A DNA stretch of 64,000 nt, from positions 129,123 to 193,122 of the forward strand of contig DIDP01000008.1 in NCBI GenBank assembly GCA_002418205.1. Reading direction: 5' to 3'. This stretch comes from Anaerolineales bacterium UBA5797. GTDB taxonomy: Bacteria > Chloroflexota > Anaerolineae > Anaerolineales > Villigracilaceae. A program made the position numbers and the translations under genes. The notes under the pieces are model-generated. The model made no database searches. It was not told the origin of the DNA and saw only the letters and a list, made by a program, of their open reading frames with translations. Positions 1-9,512 of this stretch are shown here, one piece after another. How positions within the stretch are numbered: position 1 is the stretch's first letter; every line of letters starts with the position of its first letter.

Positions 1-657
1 ACTGAAGAGTCCCACGATCAATGACCACTGGATGCTCCTGCTCAGGTTCCTTTCTCTTGCGGCAGTGATCAGTTTGTAGGACGCAGCCATGGCAAGCACG
101 GTGAAAAAGAGAATGGATGCTTCGCTCATGGCTCTGCGCAGATTTGTCAGAAAATAACCGTTGAAACCGATCCACGTAAAAGCATAGGCGGAAAGCCTCG
201 AATGGTATCTCGCGAGGAACAGGGTCGTAAGCAGCAGGCTGAGGGTGGAAATGATTGCCATCGGGAGTCTCGACCACCATAAAGTCACGTAGCCGGGCAT
301 GGCGCCCCGGACAATGTTTTCAGCCTCCGTCAATCCCCAATTCCAGTAGACCGGTTGGTCGTTGGGTGGAACGCCCCCGAGTCTTTGACTGAAGCCCGTA
401 AGATAACTTGGAACGGGGCGCACCTCAAACGCGATGACCTGGTTTTCCGTCCAAATATGCGAGTCGAAATCGGCAGACAGGAGTTTGTCGAAGCGTATGC
501 TGGATGCGGTCCAGAAATTTTCGTCCGGAAAAAAGACCACCGAGCCCAGATCTCTCGTATATCCCCAAAACAATAATATTCCAAGGATTAATATCTCAAT
601 GGCTTTCAGGGATTTATCGGATAAATACCACCGGATGTTTTTGAGAAATGATTCCAT
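1..657 (-). CDS. Polytopic membrane protein, N-terminal 219 codons (putative GT-C-fold glycosyltransferase); 3' end lies outside the window
   Basis: Own minus-strand translation from the ATG (rc of 655..657): MESFLKNIRWYLSDKSLKAIEILILGILLFWGYTRDLGSVVFFPDENFWTASSIRFDK... It stays open for all 219 codons down to nt 1. It is missing from the ORF track only because no stop falls in the window. Hydrophobic helices, and a D-E pair just after helix 1 as in PMT/ArnT-type GT-C enzymes (function is inference). Confidence 0.55.
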   Translation of the reverse strand, partial: MESFLKNIRWYLSDKSLKAIEILILGILLFWGYTRDLGSVVFFPDENFWTASSIRFDKLLSADFDSHIWTENQVIAFEVRPVPSYLTGFSQRLGGVPPNDQPVYWNWGLTEAENIVRGAMPGYVTLWWSRLPMAIISTLSLLLTTLFLARYHSRLSAYAFTWIGFNGYFLTNLRRAMSEASILFFTVLAMAASYKLITAARERNLSRSIQWSLIVGLFS

Positions 658-687
658 ACGAAGGATTCGATTTTGTATCAGGAAGCG

Positions 688-1596
688 TCAACTTGATTCT
701 TTTTTTCCGACCACCAGCATCTTGTTTCGTATTCTGAACACTTTGAAAAACAATTTCACCAGCGGCAGCGACAACCGGACGATCGCCTTCGACCTGAATA
801 GTTTCCTGAGATAAAAATCATACGGAAACGAAAGCTCGTGGAACTTGTTCAATTCGATAACTTCAAGACCAGCCGACTCGAACAGATCTTTCATCTCGCC
901 CGTGGAAAAGATCTGCTTGTGACCGAAGAGATGCGACGAATACATCGCATTCAAAAACGTGGGAGCTCTGCCGCGCGTGACGCGGTACGTGAATTCGCCG
1001 AAGCGGTGATAGAAACCATCGCGGCAGGGTGTATCGATCAAGAGGAGTCCGCCGGGTTTCAAAACATTTGCCGCGGACCGCAGGGTCTCGAACGGATAAT
1101 TGACATGCTCGATCACATCCCAAAGCGTGACCGCGTCGAAATGCCCGGCATATCCTTTCTGCCAGAAATCGTGTTCGATGGGGTGTTTATCGATCAGAAG
1201 ACCGTGTTTTGTTTTGGCGTATTGGGCGCGGCTGTCGCTTAATTCGATGCCGGTCACATCCGCCCCCTGCTGTTTCAGCAAAGATAAAAACAGTCCGCCG
1301 CCGCAGCCGATATCCAGCACTCTGGCGTTTTGAAGCGGGAGATGCCTCCGGACGATCTCCACCTGGTTATTGAATTTCTGCGCGTTCGCCTGCAACTGGG
1401 TCTCGATGTAAGCGGACACTTTCTCTGTTAATTGCGATGCATCGATCCCGGGCGCGATCTCCTCGACCGGGTCGAGATAATCTATGAAATGAAACCCGCC
1501 GGTCGAAACATATACGTTTGCGTTCTTTAACTTGTAGGTGAGTTTTGCCTCTTCATGCGGATGGCGCTTCAGCGCGTCGATGTTTTCGTTCTTCAT
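688..1596 (-). CDS. Class I SAM-dependent methyltransferase
   Basis: 302-aa ORF with SAM motif I VLDIGCGGGLF followed by DVTGIELSD. Same strand as, and 30 nt upstream of, the membrane-protein start at 657. Confidence 0.85.
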   Translation of the reverse strand: MKNENIDALKRHPHEEAKLTYKLKNANVYVSTGGFHFIDYLDPVEEIAPGIDASQLTEKVSAYIETQLQANAQKFNNQVEIVRRHLPLQNARVLDIGCGGGLFLSLLKQQGADVTGIELSDSRAQYAKTKHGLLIDKHPIEHDFWQKGYAGHFDAVTLWDVIEHVNYPFETLRSAANVLKPGGLLLIDTPCRDGFYHRFGEFTYRVTRGRAPTFLNAMYSSHLFGHKQIFSTGEMKDLFESAGLEVIELNKFHELSFPYDFYLRKLFRSKAIVRLSLPLVKLFFKVFRIRNKMLVVGKKESS

Positions 1597-1744
1597 AAGG
1601 GATGATTTTACCCGAAAGCAAAATCGCCCGCACTGGACGAACTGCTCTCCCGCTTCGATAATGGATCAGCCTTCACACCGTTCGCATCTCCCGGACGTAA
1701 ACCTGAATCCGCCATCGATGGTTTATCCGCGCTGACGCCTTGAT

Positions 1745-4700
1745 TTAAGTCTCGCGTTTGGTGAGGCTTCGAATGATCCTATCCAGTTCCTTCAGGCTGA
1801 CGGGCTTGCTCAGATATTCGTTGGCGCCTGCCTCGAGACAACGCTCCCGGTCGCCGGGCATGGCAAGGGCGGTCAGGGCAATGATCGGCGTGGATTCGAA
1901 GCGAGGATCCGAACGCAGGCGGCGGATCGCCTCCAGTCCGTCCAGCGCGGGCATCTGAATGTCCATCAGGATGATATCCGGATTCATTTCCTTCGTCAGT
2001 TGAATGGCTTCAAGCCCATCATGCGCGTTCACGAGTTTATGGCCGTGAACTTCGAGGTATTCGCCGATGGTCAGGATATTCGCCATGTTGTCCTCAGCCA
2101 GCAGAACCAGGCTTCCGTCCGGGTCCTGCCCCGAAGGCGCGCGGGATTTGGCTGATATGACGGAGGGGGGTGGTTCCCCGCCCGCTTCGATGGATTCCTG
2201 TTGCGCGATCAGGTCTTTTCCCCAGGGGATATTGACCGTAAAGCGACTCCCATTGCCGATCTCGCTCTCCACCTCCACGCTGCCGCCGTGCATGTCGGTC
2301 AATTTTTGGACGAGAGCCAATCCCAGCCCGGTGCCTTCATATAGACGGTTGAGGGCGCTATCCACCTGCACGAAGGGCTGGAACAGCCGTTTCAGGTCGC
2401 CCGGCGCGATGCCGATGCCGTTATCCATAACCGAGAACCGGATTCGCCCCTGTTCCGCATCGGCGCGGACCTGAAGAGTAACCTGTCCGTTTTCGGAGGT
2501 GAATTTAACGGCGTTGGTCAACAGGTTGACGAGGATCTGTTTCAGTCGGCGCGGGTCGGCATGGATCCTGGAAACCTCCGGTTCCTCTTCATAAACGAGG
2601 TTTATGGATTTTCGAGTCGCCTGCTCCTTGACGAATGCCAGGCTGGAACGGCACAACGTCTCCAGATCGACGACCTGCGGATAATAATCGAACATGCCCG
2701 CTTCGATCTTGGACAGGTCGAGGATGTCGTTGATCAACTCGAGCAAATGCCGCCCGCTGGATTCGACGATCTTCAATGTGTTTTGCTGGTATTCGTTCAG
2801 CGTGCCGTGCCTCTGTTCCAGAAGGGTTTCCGACATTCCCAAAATACTGTTGAGCGGCGTCCGTAATTCGTGGCTCATGTTTGCCAGGAACTCATCCTTG
2901 GCGCGGTTGGCATGCTGGAGTTCGAGGTTCAAACGGTTCAATTCCGCGGTGCGCTCTTCCACGCGGCGTTCGAGTTCTATATTGGCGCGTTGCAGGCTTT
3001 CGAACAATTCAGCATTATCGATGGCGATGGCTGCCTGACCTGCCAGCGTTTCCAGGAAATCCAGCCAGTCCTGTTCGGGTTCCGAGGGCGCGCGCCGGAA
3101 GATCTCGAGCACGCCCTTGATCTCACCCTTTGCGATCAACGGCACGCCAAAATAACTTTCGAAACCTTCCATTGGGAAATCGGGTGAGCGCTGGAATTCG
3201 TTCCCATGCGCCTGCAACTGCGGGATGTGCACGGTCTTCATCGCCTGCGCCGCCCTGCCTGCATACCCGTCTCCCAATTTCAGGTGGGTGAATTTGAGCG
3301 CTTCCGTGTGCATCCCGGCGCCGAGTTCGAATTTCAAAATTTGTTCCACGGGATCGTACAGAAGAATGACAGCGGCATCCACTCTCAGTTCGTCGAGTCC
3401 ATTGCTGAGGATGATCTCCAGGACGGAATGCAGGTCCATGCTTCCGGCAATGGCTTGATCGATCTTCCTCAGGATGGTCATGCGGTCGAGCTGTTGACGT
3501 GTCTTGTTCTCGGCGAGTTTGCGGCTGGTGATGTCGTGATAGTTGATGACGATGCCGCCCACGCTCGATTCGGCGATCAGGTTGGTGCCGACCGCCTCGA
3601 CCCAGATCCAGGCTCCGGTCTGGTGCCTGAGGCGGAACTGGTCACGGATCTGCAGGTTCGGTTCCCGGATCAGTTGTCCGAAAAGAGTCTGGACGCGTTC
3701 CAGGTCATCCGGGTGCAGCAATTGGAAGATGTTCTGTTCACGGAAGGCATCACGCGGGTAGCCGAGCGTGGGGTTGTTCGTGGGGCTTTCATACAACAGC
3801 CTGCCATCGGCAGTGATGATGGAGATCTCATCGGAACTGTTTTCGACCAGCGTGCGGAAGCGACTCTCTGCAGACTGGAACGCCTCCTCCGCCTGTCTGC
3901 GCTCGGTGATGTCGATGGATACACCGACCATTCCCTTGATCAGACCGTTCCCATCTATGATGGGAGCAAACCGGTTGTCAAAAAAGGTTCCGTTTAGTTC
4001 TGTGATCCCGGATAAGGTCTCCCCTGCAAAAACCCGGGCCAATAATTCCTCACCGGAAATCGAATTCCCATCCGGCAGGATAATTTTAAGTGAACCGTAT
4101 AGATCAAAAGCGGATTGTCCCACCACCTGACCTGGTTTGAGACCGGTTCGTTTCAAGCCTGTGCCTTCCGAGAGGGTGAATGTGCCGTGCTTATCGGTGG
4201 CAATGATCACAATCGGCGCGCTGTTCAGAATGGCTTGGAGATGGGCTTCGCTTTCGCGCAAGCGTGCCTCGGTTTGGCGGCGCTGGGTTACTTCGGCTTC
4301 GAGCGCTTCTGTGCGATCAGCAACTGCCTGCCGCAGCCACTCCGTCCGTGCCCATGCCCGGTTCAGGATGAAGAGCAGGCTCAGCAATAAAGCCCCGCCG
4401 CCGCCCCAGATCAATACCAGCACAAAGGGATCAGGTACAGGCGGCGCATTCCGCCAGCCTATGGTGAGGGTCCAGCGGTTATCTCCCACCGGGATGATTG
4501 CATTCACGGTTCCATCGCCCAGGGTCTCCGGTCCCCAGAAGAGGGCGCCGGTCGCATCCCGCAATTGGAATTGGAAACGTTCCCCCAGGCTTTGTGTGGC
4601 ATCCTCCAACAGCGGATCGATCTCCACGACGACCTGCACCAGCCCAAGGAACTCATCGCCGCGATAAAGCGGCGCGCGGGGAATCACCGCCAGCGGTCCC

Positions 4701-5167
4701 TGCACCGTTACTGTTGGGTTGTTCACGGTCAGCCGCCGTTCCCGGATCGCTTTTTCCACAAAGGGCGCCGCCGGGCGGGTGGTCAGGTCCAAATCCAGCG
4801 CGGACTCGTTGCCCTCCAGCGGGTGGATGTGACGGATGATAAGATCCGGATCAACGTATTGAAAGGCGAGTGCCTGCGGGTAGTGATCCAGCAAAAGTTC
4901 GGCGAAACGGTCGAAGGTTTCATAATCCGGCAGGGAGGTGGGCGCCAGCATGAAGGCTTGCAGATCCTCGGCAACCGTGATCTGGGCGTTGATGTTCTGG
5001 CTGAGTTCGTCCTGCACATTCGCCGCGGTCCTTTGCAGTTCCTGGGCGTTCGCCTGGCTCACACTGCCGCGGTAATAACGGTCTGTGAGCGCGAGGGCGA
5101 TCAGCCCAATGGCGGTGATCAGCAGGGAACTTGCCAAACGCTTCCAATCAAGAGATGTGAAAATCAT
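1745..5167 (-). CDS. Hybrid sensor histidine kinase (TM-flanked extracytoplasmic sensor domain, PAS repeats, GAF, HisKA, HATPase_c, C-terminal receiver)
   Basis: 1140-aa ORF. H-box FLANMSHELRTPLNSI; ATPase boxes LLTNAVKF, DNGIGI, GTGLGLALV; receiver LVLLAEDN...DIILMDIQMP...KP. Two hydrophobic helices bracket a roughly 230-aa N-terminal domain. Confidence 0.9.
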   Translation of the reverse strand: MIFTSLDWKRLASSLLITAIGLIALALTDRYYRGSVSQANAQELQRTAANVQDELSQNINAQITVAEDLQAFMLAPTSLPDYETFDRFAELLLDHYPQALAFQYVDPDLIIRHIHPLEGNESALDLDLTTRPAAPFVEKAIRERRLTVNNPTVTVQGPLAVIPRAPLYRGDEFLGLVQVVVEIDPLLEDATQSLGERFQFQLRDATGALFWGPETLGDGTVNAIIPVGDNRWTLTIGWRNAPPVPDPFVLVLIWGGGGALLLSLLFILNRAWARTEWLRQAVADRTEALEAEVTQRRQTEARLRESEAHLQAILNSAPIVIIATDKHGTFTLSEGTGLKRTGLKPGQVVGQSAFDLYGSLKIILPDGNSISGEELLARVFAGETLSGITELNGTFFDNRFAPIIDGNGLIKGMVGVSIDITERRQAEEAFQSAESRFRTLVENSSDEISIITADGRLLYESPTNNPTLGYPRDAFREQNIFQLLHPDDLERVQTLFGQLIREPNLQIRDQFRLRHQTGAWIWVEAVGTNLIAESSVGGIVINYHDITSRKLAENKTRQQLDRMTILRKIDQAIAGSMDLHSVLEIILSNGLDELRVDAAVILLYDPVEQILKFELGAGMHTEALKFTHLKLGDGYAGRAAQAMKTVHIPQLQAHGNEFQRSPDFPMEGFESYFGVPLIAKGEIKGVLEIFRRAPSEPEQDWLDFLETLAGQAAIAIDNAELFESLQRANIELERRVEERTAELNRLNLELQHANRAKDEFLANMSHELRTPLNSILGMSETLLEQRHGTLNEYQQNTLKIVESSGRHLLELINDILDLSKIEAGMFDYYPQVVDLETLCRSSLAFVKEQATRKSINLVYEEEPEVSRIHADPRRLKQILVNLLTNAVKFTSENGQVTLQVRADAEQGRIRFSVMDNGIGIAPGDLKRLFQPFVQVDSALNRLYEGTGLGLALVQKLTDMHGGSVEVESEIGNGSRFTVNIPWGKDLIAQQESIEAGGEPPPSVISAKSRAPSGQDPDGSLVLLAEDNMANILTIGEYLEVHGHKLVNAHDGLEAIQLTKEMNPDIILMDIQMPALDGLEAIRRLRSDPRFESTPIIALTALAMPGDRERCLEAGANEYLSKPVSLKELDRIIRSLTKRET

Positions 5168-5564
5168 GATAATGCACTTGATCTGAATATTTCAGGAATC
5201 AAGAACTGCAACAATCCGCTTTCGGCTGGTACAGGTGTCGAATAATTGCGGTTTCCCCCGTCCTGCCTGTTTCGTGGAATGCCGACATGGTCAGCATGGA
5301 TGCGCTCCTTCTGCCCGACGACCAATAAAAAGACGATAACCGATAAGATGGTTCGAGTATAACATGCCTCATGTTCATGACAGTTGCAATACCCTTATCC
5401 CTTGTGGGATTGTTTTTCTGACCGAAACATTAACGGATCAAAGCGGATCTTGTTATGGCATCCGCTTCCGTTGATTTATCCCCGCCTGGACCGTGATCAG
5501 TACCCGCTTTTTCGTAACCATTCCGTTCGTTGCACGTCTTGTTATTTAGCGCAGAGGAGAGCGC

Positions 5565-6458
5565 ATGGAAAGACCATTTGCACTGATCGTCGAAGATGAC
5601 CGCGACATCGTCGCCCTGTTCCGTCATGTCCTGGACCTGGCAGGCTATCAGACGGAGATCGTTCTGCACGGCAAAGCGGCGGTGGAGTACCTTGCCACCA
5701 CCACGCCGGATATCGTCCTGCTGGATTTGAACCTGCCGGGCGTTTCAGGGGGCGAGATTCTCAGGATGATGAGAGCCGACGAACGGCTGAAGAGCGTCCC
5801 TGTGGTTGTGATCACGGCGCATGTAAATCTGGTCGAGACGCTGACCGAAAAGCCGCAACTCGTCCTGATCAAACCGGTCAATATCGAACAGATGACCAAC
5901 CTCATCCAGCGGATCTGCCCTGCCGAGAAAGCCGTGGAAAGCCTACCCTGGGACCTGCTGACCGGGGTCTACAGCCGCTCGTTCTTTATGGCACGCCTCA
6001 ACTATGCGCTGGAACGCGCCAAGCAGCTCCCCCAGAACAAATTCGCGGTCCTTTACCTCGACCTCGGACAATCCGTCAAACTCGAGTTCCTGTTCGGCAG
6101 CGAGTACAACAAACGGGTCCTGAAAGATGCGGCGGGATTGTTGAAGACGATCCTGCGTCCCACCGATACCATCGCGCGGATCGGCGAAGGCGTCTTCGCC
6201 ATCCTGATCGAGGATATCAGCAACCCCGATGCGCCGATCATGATCGCATCCCGCATTCAGGGAAAGATCAGAAAATATCTCGCGAGAAAAGAGAACGAGT
6301 TGCAGGTGCGGGCGAACGTGGGGGTCGCGTTGTGCGGCGGGGAATACGACACGATCGACGACATCCTGCGCGCCGCAGACGATGCCCTGTCGCTGGCAAA
6401 ATCGGACCGCAGGAAGATGCTGCAGCTTCTGCGCGAGCAATCCATGAACGTTGTTTGA
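5565..6458 (+). CDS. Response regulator: receiver domain plus degenerate GGDEF-like domain
   Basis: 297-aa ORF with RBS GAGGAG upstream. REC motifs (IVEDDRD, DIVLLDLNLPG, KP). The C-terminal domain aligns to GGDEF, but the signature reads RIGEGVFAIL instead of RxGGDEF and the tail reads AKSDRRK instead of AKxxGRN. Confidence 0.85.
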   Translation: MERPFALIVEDDRDIVALFRHVLDLAGYQTEIVLHGKAAVEYLATTTPDIVLLDLNLPGVSGGEILRMMRADERLKSVPVVVITAHVNLVETLTEKPQLVLIKPVNIEQMTNLIQRICPAEKAVESLPWDLLTGVYSRSFFMARLNYALERAKQLPQNKFAVLYLDLGQSVKLEFLFGSEYNKRVLKDAAGLLKTILRPTDTIARIGEGVFAILIEDISNPDAPIMIASRIQGKIRKYLARKENELQVRANVGVALCGGEYDTIDDILRAADDALSLAKSDRRKMLQLLREQSMNVV

Positions 6459-6505
6459 AGGATGTGTGGGTTGACCAATGACAGGCGGAGACCGATCGGT
6501 CTCCG

Positions 6506-6910
6506 CTAACTGTTTTCCCGTTCCCAACGCCGGATCGCGTTTTGGATGCAGACCAAACGCGTCGCACCGGGGGACAACTGTTTCTCATATTCGATCAGCC
6601 TCTCCGCCACTGACCGGTCTCCGCCCGCCTTCTTGAGCAGATCATCGAACAACGCCGCCTCCCGTAACGCGCCGGTGAACAACTCTTCGGCAACGTGCGG
6701 CTCTCCGCGCAACTTCCGCATCACGGATTCAACCCACAGCGCCAATTTACTCTTCGGTCGAAATGCGGGATGTTCCTCCTCCGCCTCGCCCGGTTCGATC
6801 AAATACACGCTGCAATTGGGGCAACGCACCAGATCATGGTAGATGTACGCGCCGCAATTGCCGCATTCGATTTCATCGTCTTTGGGTGGGGGAGTGAGGC
6901 TGGTGGGCAT
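6506..6910 (-). CDS. Zinc-ribbon domain protein, function unknown
   Basis: Start re-picked at MPTSLTPPPKDDEIECGNCGAYIYHDLVRCPNCSVY (CxxC...CxxC). The longer track ORF (to 6997) would overlap the upstream gene that ends at 6933. Confidence 0.6.
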   Translation of the reverse strand: MPTSLTPPPKDDEIECGNCGAYIYHDLVRCPNCSVYLIEPGEAEEEHPAFRPKSKLALWVESVMRKLRGEPHVAEELFTGALREAALFDDLLKKAGGDRSVAERLIEYEKQLSPGATRLVCIQNAIRRWERENS

Positions 6911-6932
6911 GAAAGGATCGTATCGCGTCGCA

Positions 6933-7286
6933 TCACTTCTGGATGCGTTCTTCCAAAAATGACTTGAGCGCCAGCGCGCTGTTGTGTTCTGTGTCACGGG
7001 CGCTGTAGGTCAAAGTCACATCGTTATCCCGGGCTGCCTCGAGGATGGGTTTCCAGGCGTCCGGGTTGGCTTCCAGTTCCGCCCGGTAACGCTGTTGGAA
7101 CTCCCGCCATTTATCGATGTCGTGCGCATACCACTTCCGCAGGCTGGGGCTGGGAGCGACATCCTTCAGCCAGGCTTTGACCTTCAGTTTTTCCCTGGTC
7201 AACCCACGCGGCCACAGCCGTTCGACCAAAAAACGGATGCCATCATCGGCTTCCGGCTTTTCGTACACGCGTTTTATCTTTAACAT
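6933..7286 (-). CDS. DUF488 family protein
   Basis: 117-aa ORF. MLKIKRVYEKPEADDGIRFLVERLWPRGL...W..D.APS..LRKWY is the typical DUF488 (YeaO-like) N-terminal pattern, recognised from memory. Confidence 0.75.
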   Translation of the reverse strand: MLKIKRVYEKPEADDGIRFLVERLWPRGLTREKLKVKAWLKDVAPSPSLRKWYAHDIDKWREFQQRYRAELEANPDAWKPILEAARDNDVTLTYSARDTEHNSALALKSFLEERIQK

Positions 7287-7312
7287 GATGTCTCTTTCTC
7301 TTGAATTAAATT

Positions 7313-7783
7313 CTACACGCGTTTCACGAAGATCTTCAAATCATCGCCGGGTTTGTAGAAATCCTTGATCGTCGCCTCGTTGACATACCCCGTGCGGACG
7401 TAAAACTCCCGCGTCGATGCGTACTCCGCCGTCCCGGAAGTCTCCGCAATGAGCATTCGCCCGCCCAAGTCACGGACAGCCTCCTCACACGCAGTGACCA
7501 GCGCCCGCCCCACTCCTTTGCGGCGGGCATTCGGGTCAACGGCGATCCAATACAGGTCATACACGCCCTCGGTCAGGTCACGATAGCCGAAGATGGCATA
7601 CCCAAGGACTTGCTCTCCTTCCCGATATACAAGGAAGTTGTACCCATCGCCTTCCGTGCCATATTCGAGATATTCATCGAACATCACAGGGACAGAGTCG
7701 ATCTCCTCCTGGCTGAATACCCCCGCCCGGGCTGTGATGTCCGTGATTTGTGCTTTGTCTGATAAGGATGCTGTGGAGATCAT
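7313..7783 (-). CDS. GNAT family N-acetyltransferase
   Basis: 156-aa ORF with acetyl-CoA motif A: VDPNARRKGVGRALV. Confidence 0.85.
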   Translation of the reverse strand: MISTASLSDKAQITDITARAGVFSQEEIDSVPVMFDEYLEYGTEGDGYNFLVYREGEQVLGYAIFGYRDLTEGVYDLYWIAVDPNARRKGVGRALVTACEEAVRDLGGRMLIAETSGTAEYASTREFYVRTGYVNEATIKDFYKPGDDLKIFVKRV

Positions 7784-7847
7784 GAATTATTCCTGGTGAA
7801 ATTAAGTATTACAATATTCTCAATTATCCCACATAGGAGCCATGCCC

Positions 7848-9371
7848 ATGACCATCACCCTGAACGGATCATCCCTCACGATAGAAAAACTTGTCGCGAT
7901 TGCACGAGATAATGAGAAAGTAGAACTTGCTCCCGAAGCCCTGGAGCGCATCAAAGTCTGCCGCGCCATGTTGGAGGAGAAACTTGCCAGGAAAGAAGTC
8001 ATGTATGGCACGAACACGGGCATTGGCGAGTTTTCGGAGACCATGCTCAACGATGAGCAGGTGAAGGAATTTCAGAAGTACCTCATCTACAACCATGCGG
8101 CGGGCATCGGTGACCCTGCGCCCATTGAATATGTCCGCGCGGCGCTGGCGGGACGCATCAATGTTCATGCGCATGGGAATTCTGGTTGCAGACCCGAGAT
8201 CACACTGACACTGGTGGAGATGCTGAACAAAGGCGTCACACCAGTTGTTTGTCAGAAGGGGTCGGTGGGCGCGAGCGGCGACCTCGCTCCGATGGCGCAA
8301 GCGGCGCTGTTACTCATGGGGGAGGGAGAGGCTTTTTATAACGGCGAACGACTCGCAGGTCACGAAGCGATGCGGAGGGCAGGGATCGAAGTCCCAGGTT
8401 TACAAGCACGCGATGGTCTTGCCGCCATCAACGGCTCCAACCTCCTCACAGCCATGTCCGCCCTCCACATCTACGATATGGAACGTTTCCTCAAGCAGGC
8501 AGAGATCGCGGCGGCGATGTCCATTGAGGCGTTGCTCGGCAACATGAAACCGTACAACACCAAACTGCATGAACTGCGCGGCTTCAGTGGCGCGGTCATG
8601 TCTGCGAAAAATATCATGAAGGTCATCGAAGGCTCCGACCTCACCACGGGCAAGATGAAAACCAAGGTGCAGGACGCTTATTCGATGCGTTCTACTCCGC
8701 AGGTCATCGGCGCAGCGCGGGATGCGATTGCGTATGCGCGTTCGCAAGTTGAAATTGAATTGAATGGCGTGGGGGATAACCCGATCTTTATTCCAGAAGA
8801 TAAATTGACTCTCACGGGCGCAAACTTTCAAGGGACTCCCGTTGCCTTGCCAATGGATATGGCGGGCGCCGCGATCACGATGGTGTGTGTCATGTCAGAG
8901 CGACGCATGAACCGATTGACGAACCCGGCTCTTTCTCAGGGACTGCCTGATTTCCTCGCCCATGAGCCTGGTTTCTACTCTGGGATGATGCTCAGCCAAT
9001 ACACCGCCGATCACTTGATCGTCGAACAACGGATTTTGTCCACGCCTGCCAGCATTCAATCCATCCCTGCCGCGGCGGACCAGGAAGACTTCGTCTCGAT
9101 GGGCATGAACACCGCCATCAAAAACGGACAGATCCTTGATAATGCCTACGGTGTTATTGGCATTGAATTCATGGCTGCTGCACAGGCGCTTGACTTCCGT
9201 GAGTTCAGTCCTGGCAAAGGATCAAACAAAGCGCGCGAAGTGATTCGCAAGTATGTTGAACATTTGCATGTAGATCGTCCGCTGTATAACGACCACAATT
9301 CCATGAAGGAACTGGTGAAGCGATGTGAGATATTGAGTGAAGTGGAGAAGGTGGTGGGGGAGTTGGGGTAG
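7848..9371 (+). CDS. hutH: MIO-dependent aromatic amino acid ammonia-lyase family, histidine ammonia-lyase-like
   Basis: The MIO-forming triad sits in GSVGASGDLAPMAQ, and the length (about 507 aa) is typical of HutH. Start chosen at the second ATG (7848), which has GGAG 8 nt upstream; the track start is 7842. Substrate not established (see findings). Confidence 0.85.
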   Translation: MTITLNGSSLTIEKLVAIARDNEKVELAPEALERIKVCRAMLEEKLARKEVMYGTNTGIGEFSETMLNDEQVKEFQKYLIYNHAAGIGDPAPIEYVRAALAGRINVHAHGNSGCRPEITLTLVEMLNKGVTPVVCQKGSVGASGDLAPMAQAALLLMGEGEAFYNGERLAGHEAMRRAGIEVPGLQARDGLAAINGSNLLTAMSALHIYDMERFLKQAEIAAAMSIEALLGNMKPYNTKLHELRGFSGAVMSAKNIMKVIEGSDLTTGKMKTKVQDAYSMRSTPQVIGAARDAIAYARSQVEIELNGVGDNPIFIPEDKLTLTGANFQGTPVALPMDMAGAAITMVCVMSERRMNRLTNPALSQGLPDFLAHEPGFYSGMMLSQYTADHLIVEQRILSTPASIQSIPAAADQEDFVSMGMNTAIKNGQILDNAYGVIGIEFMAAAQALDFREFSPGKGSNKAREVIRKYVEHLHVDRPLYNDHNSMKELVKRCEILSEVEKVVGELG

Positions 9372-9399
9372 ATTTTATATGTCGTTGTGAACTGACGCT

Positions 9400-9503
9400 C
9401 GCACTGCATGCAAGTGCAAGTGAGGCGAAGCAATCTCCTCGAACCAGAAGTATGGCAGGCAAGAGGAGATTGCTTTGTTGCCTTGCGGGCTCCTTGCAAT
9501 GAT
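9400..9503. repeat. Small nested-palindrome intergenic repeat, copy A (same family as 24774..24854)
   Basis: 13-bp perfect inverted repeat AAGCAATCTCCTC (9428..9440) / GAGGAGATTGCTT (9463..9475). The right flank CTCCTTGCAATGAT resembles ATCCTCGCAATGAC of copy B. Lies between the convergent genes hutH and the beta-helix protein. Confidence 0.7.
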
Positions 9504-9512
9504 ATGGCAGGC

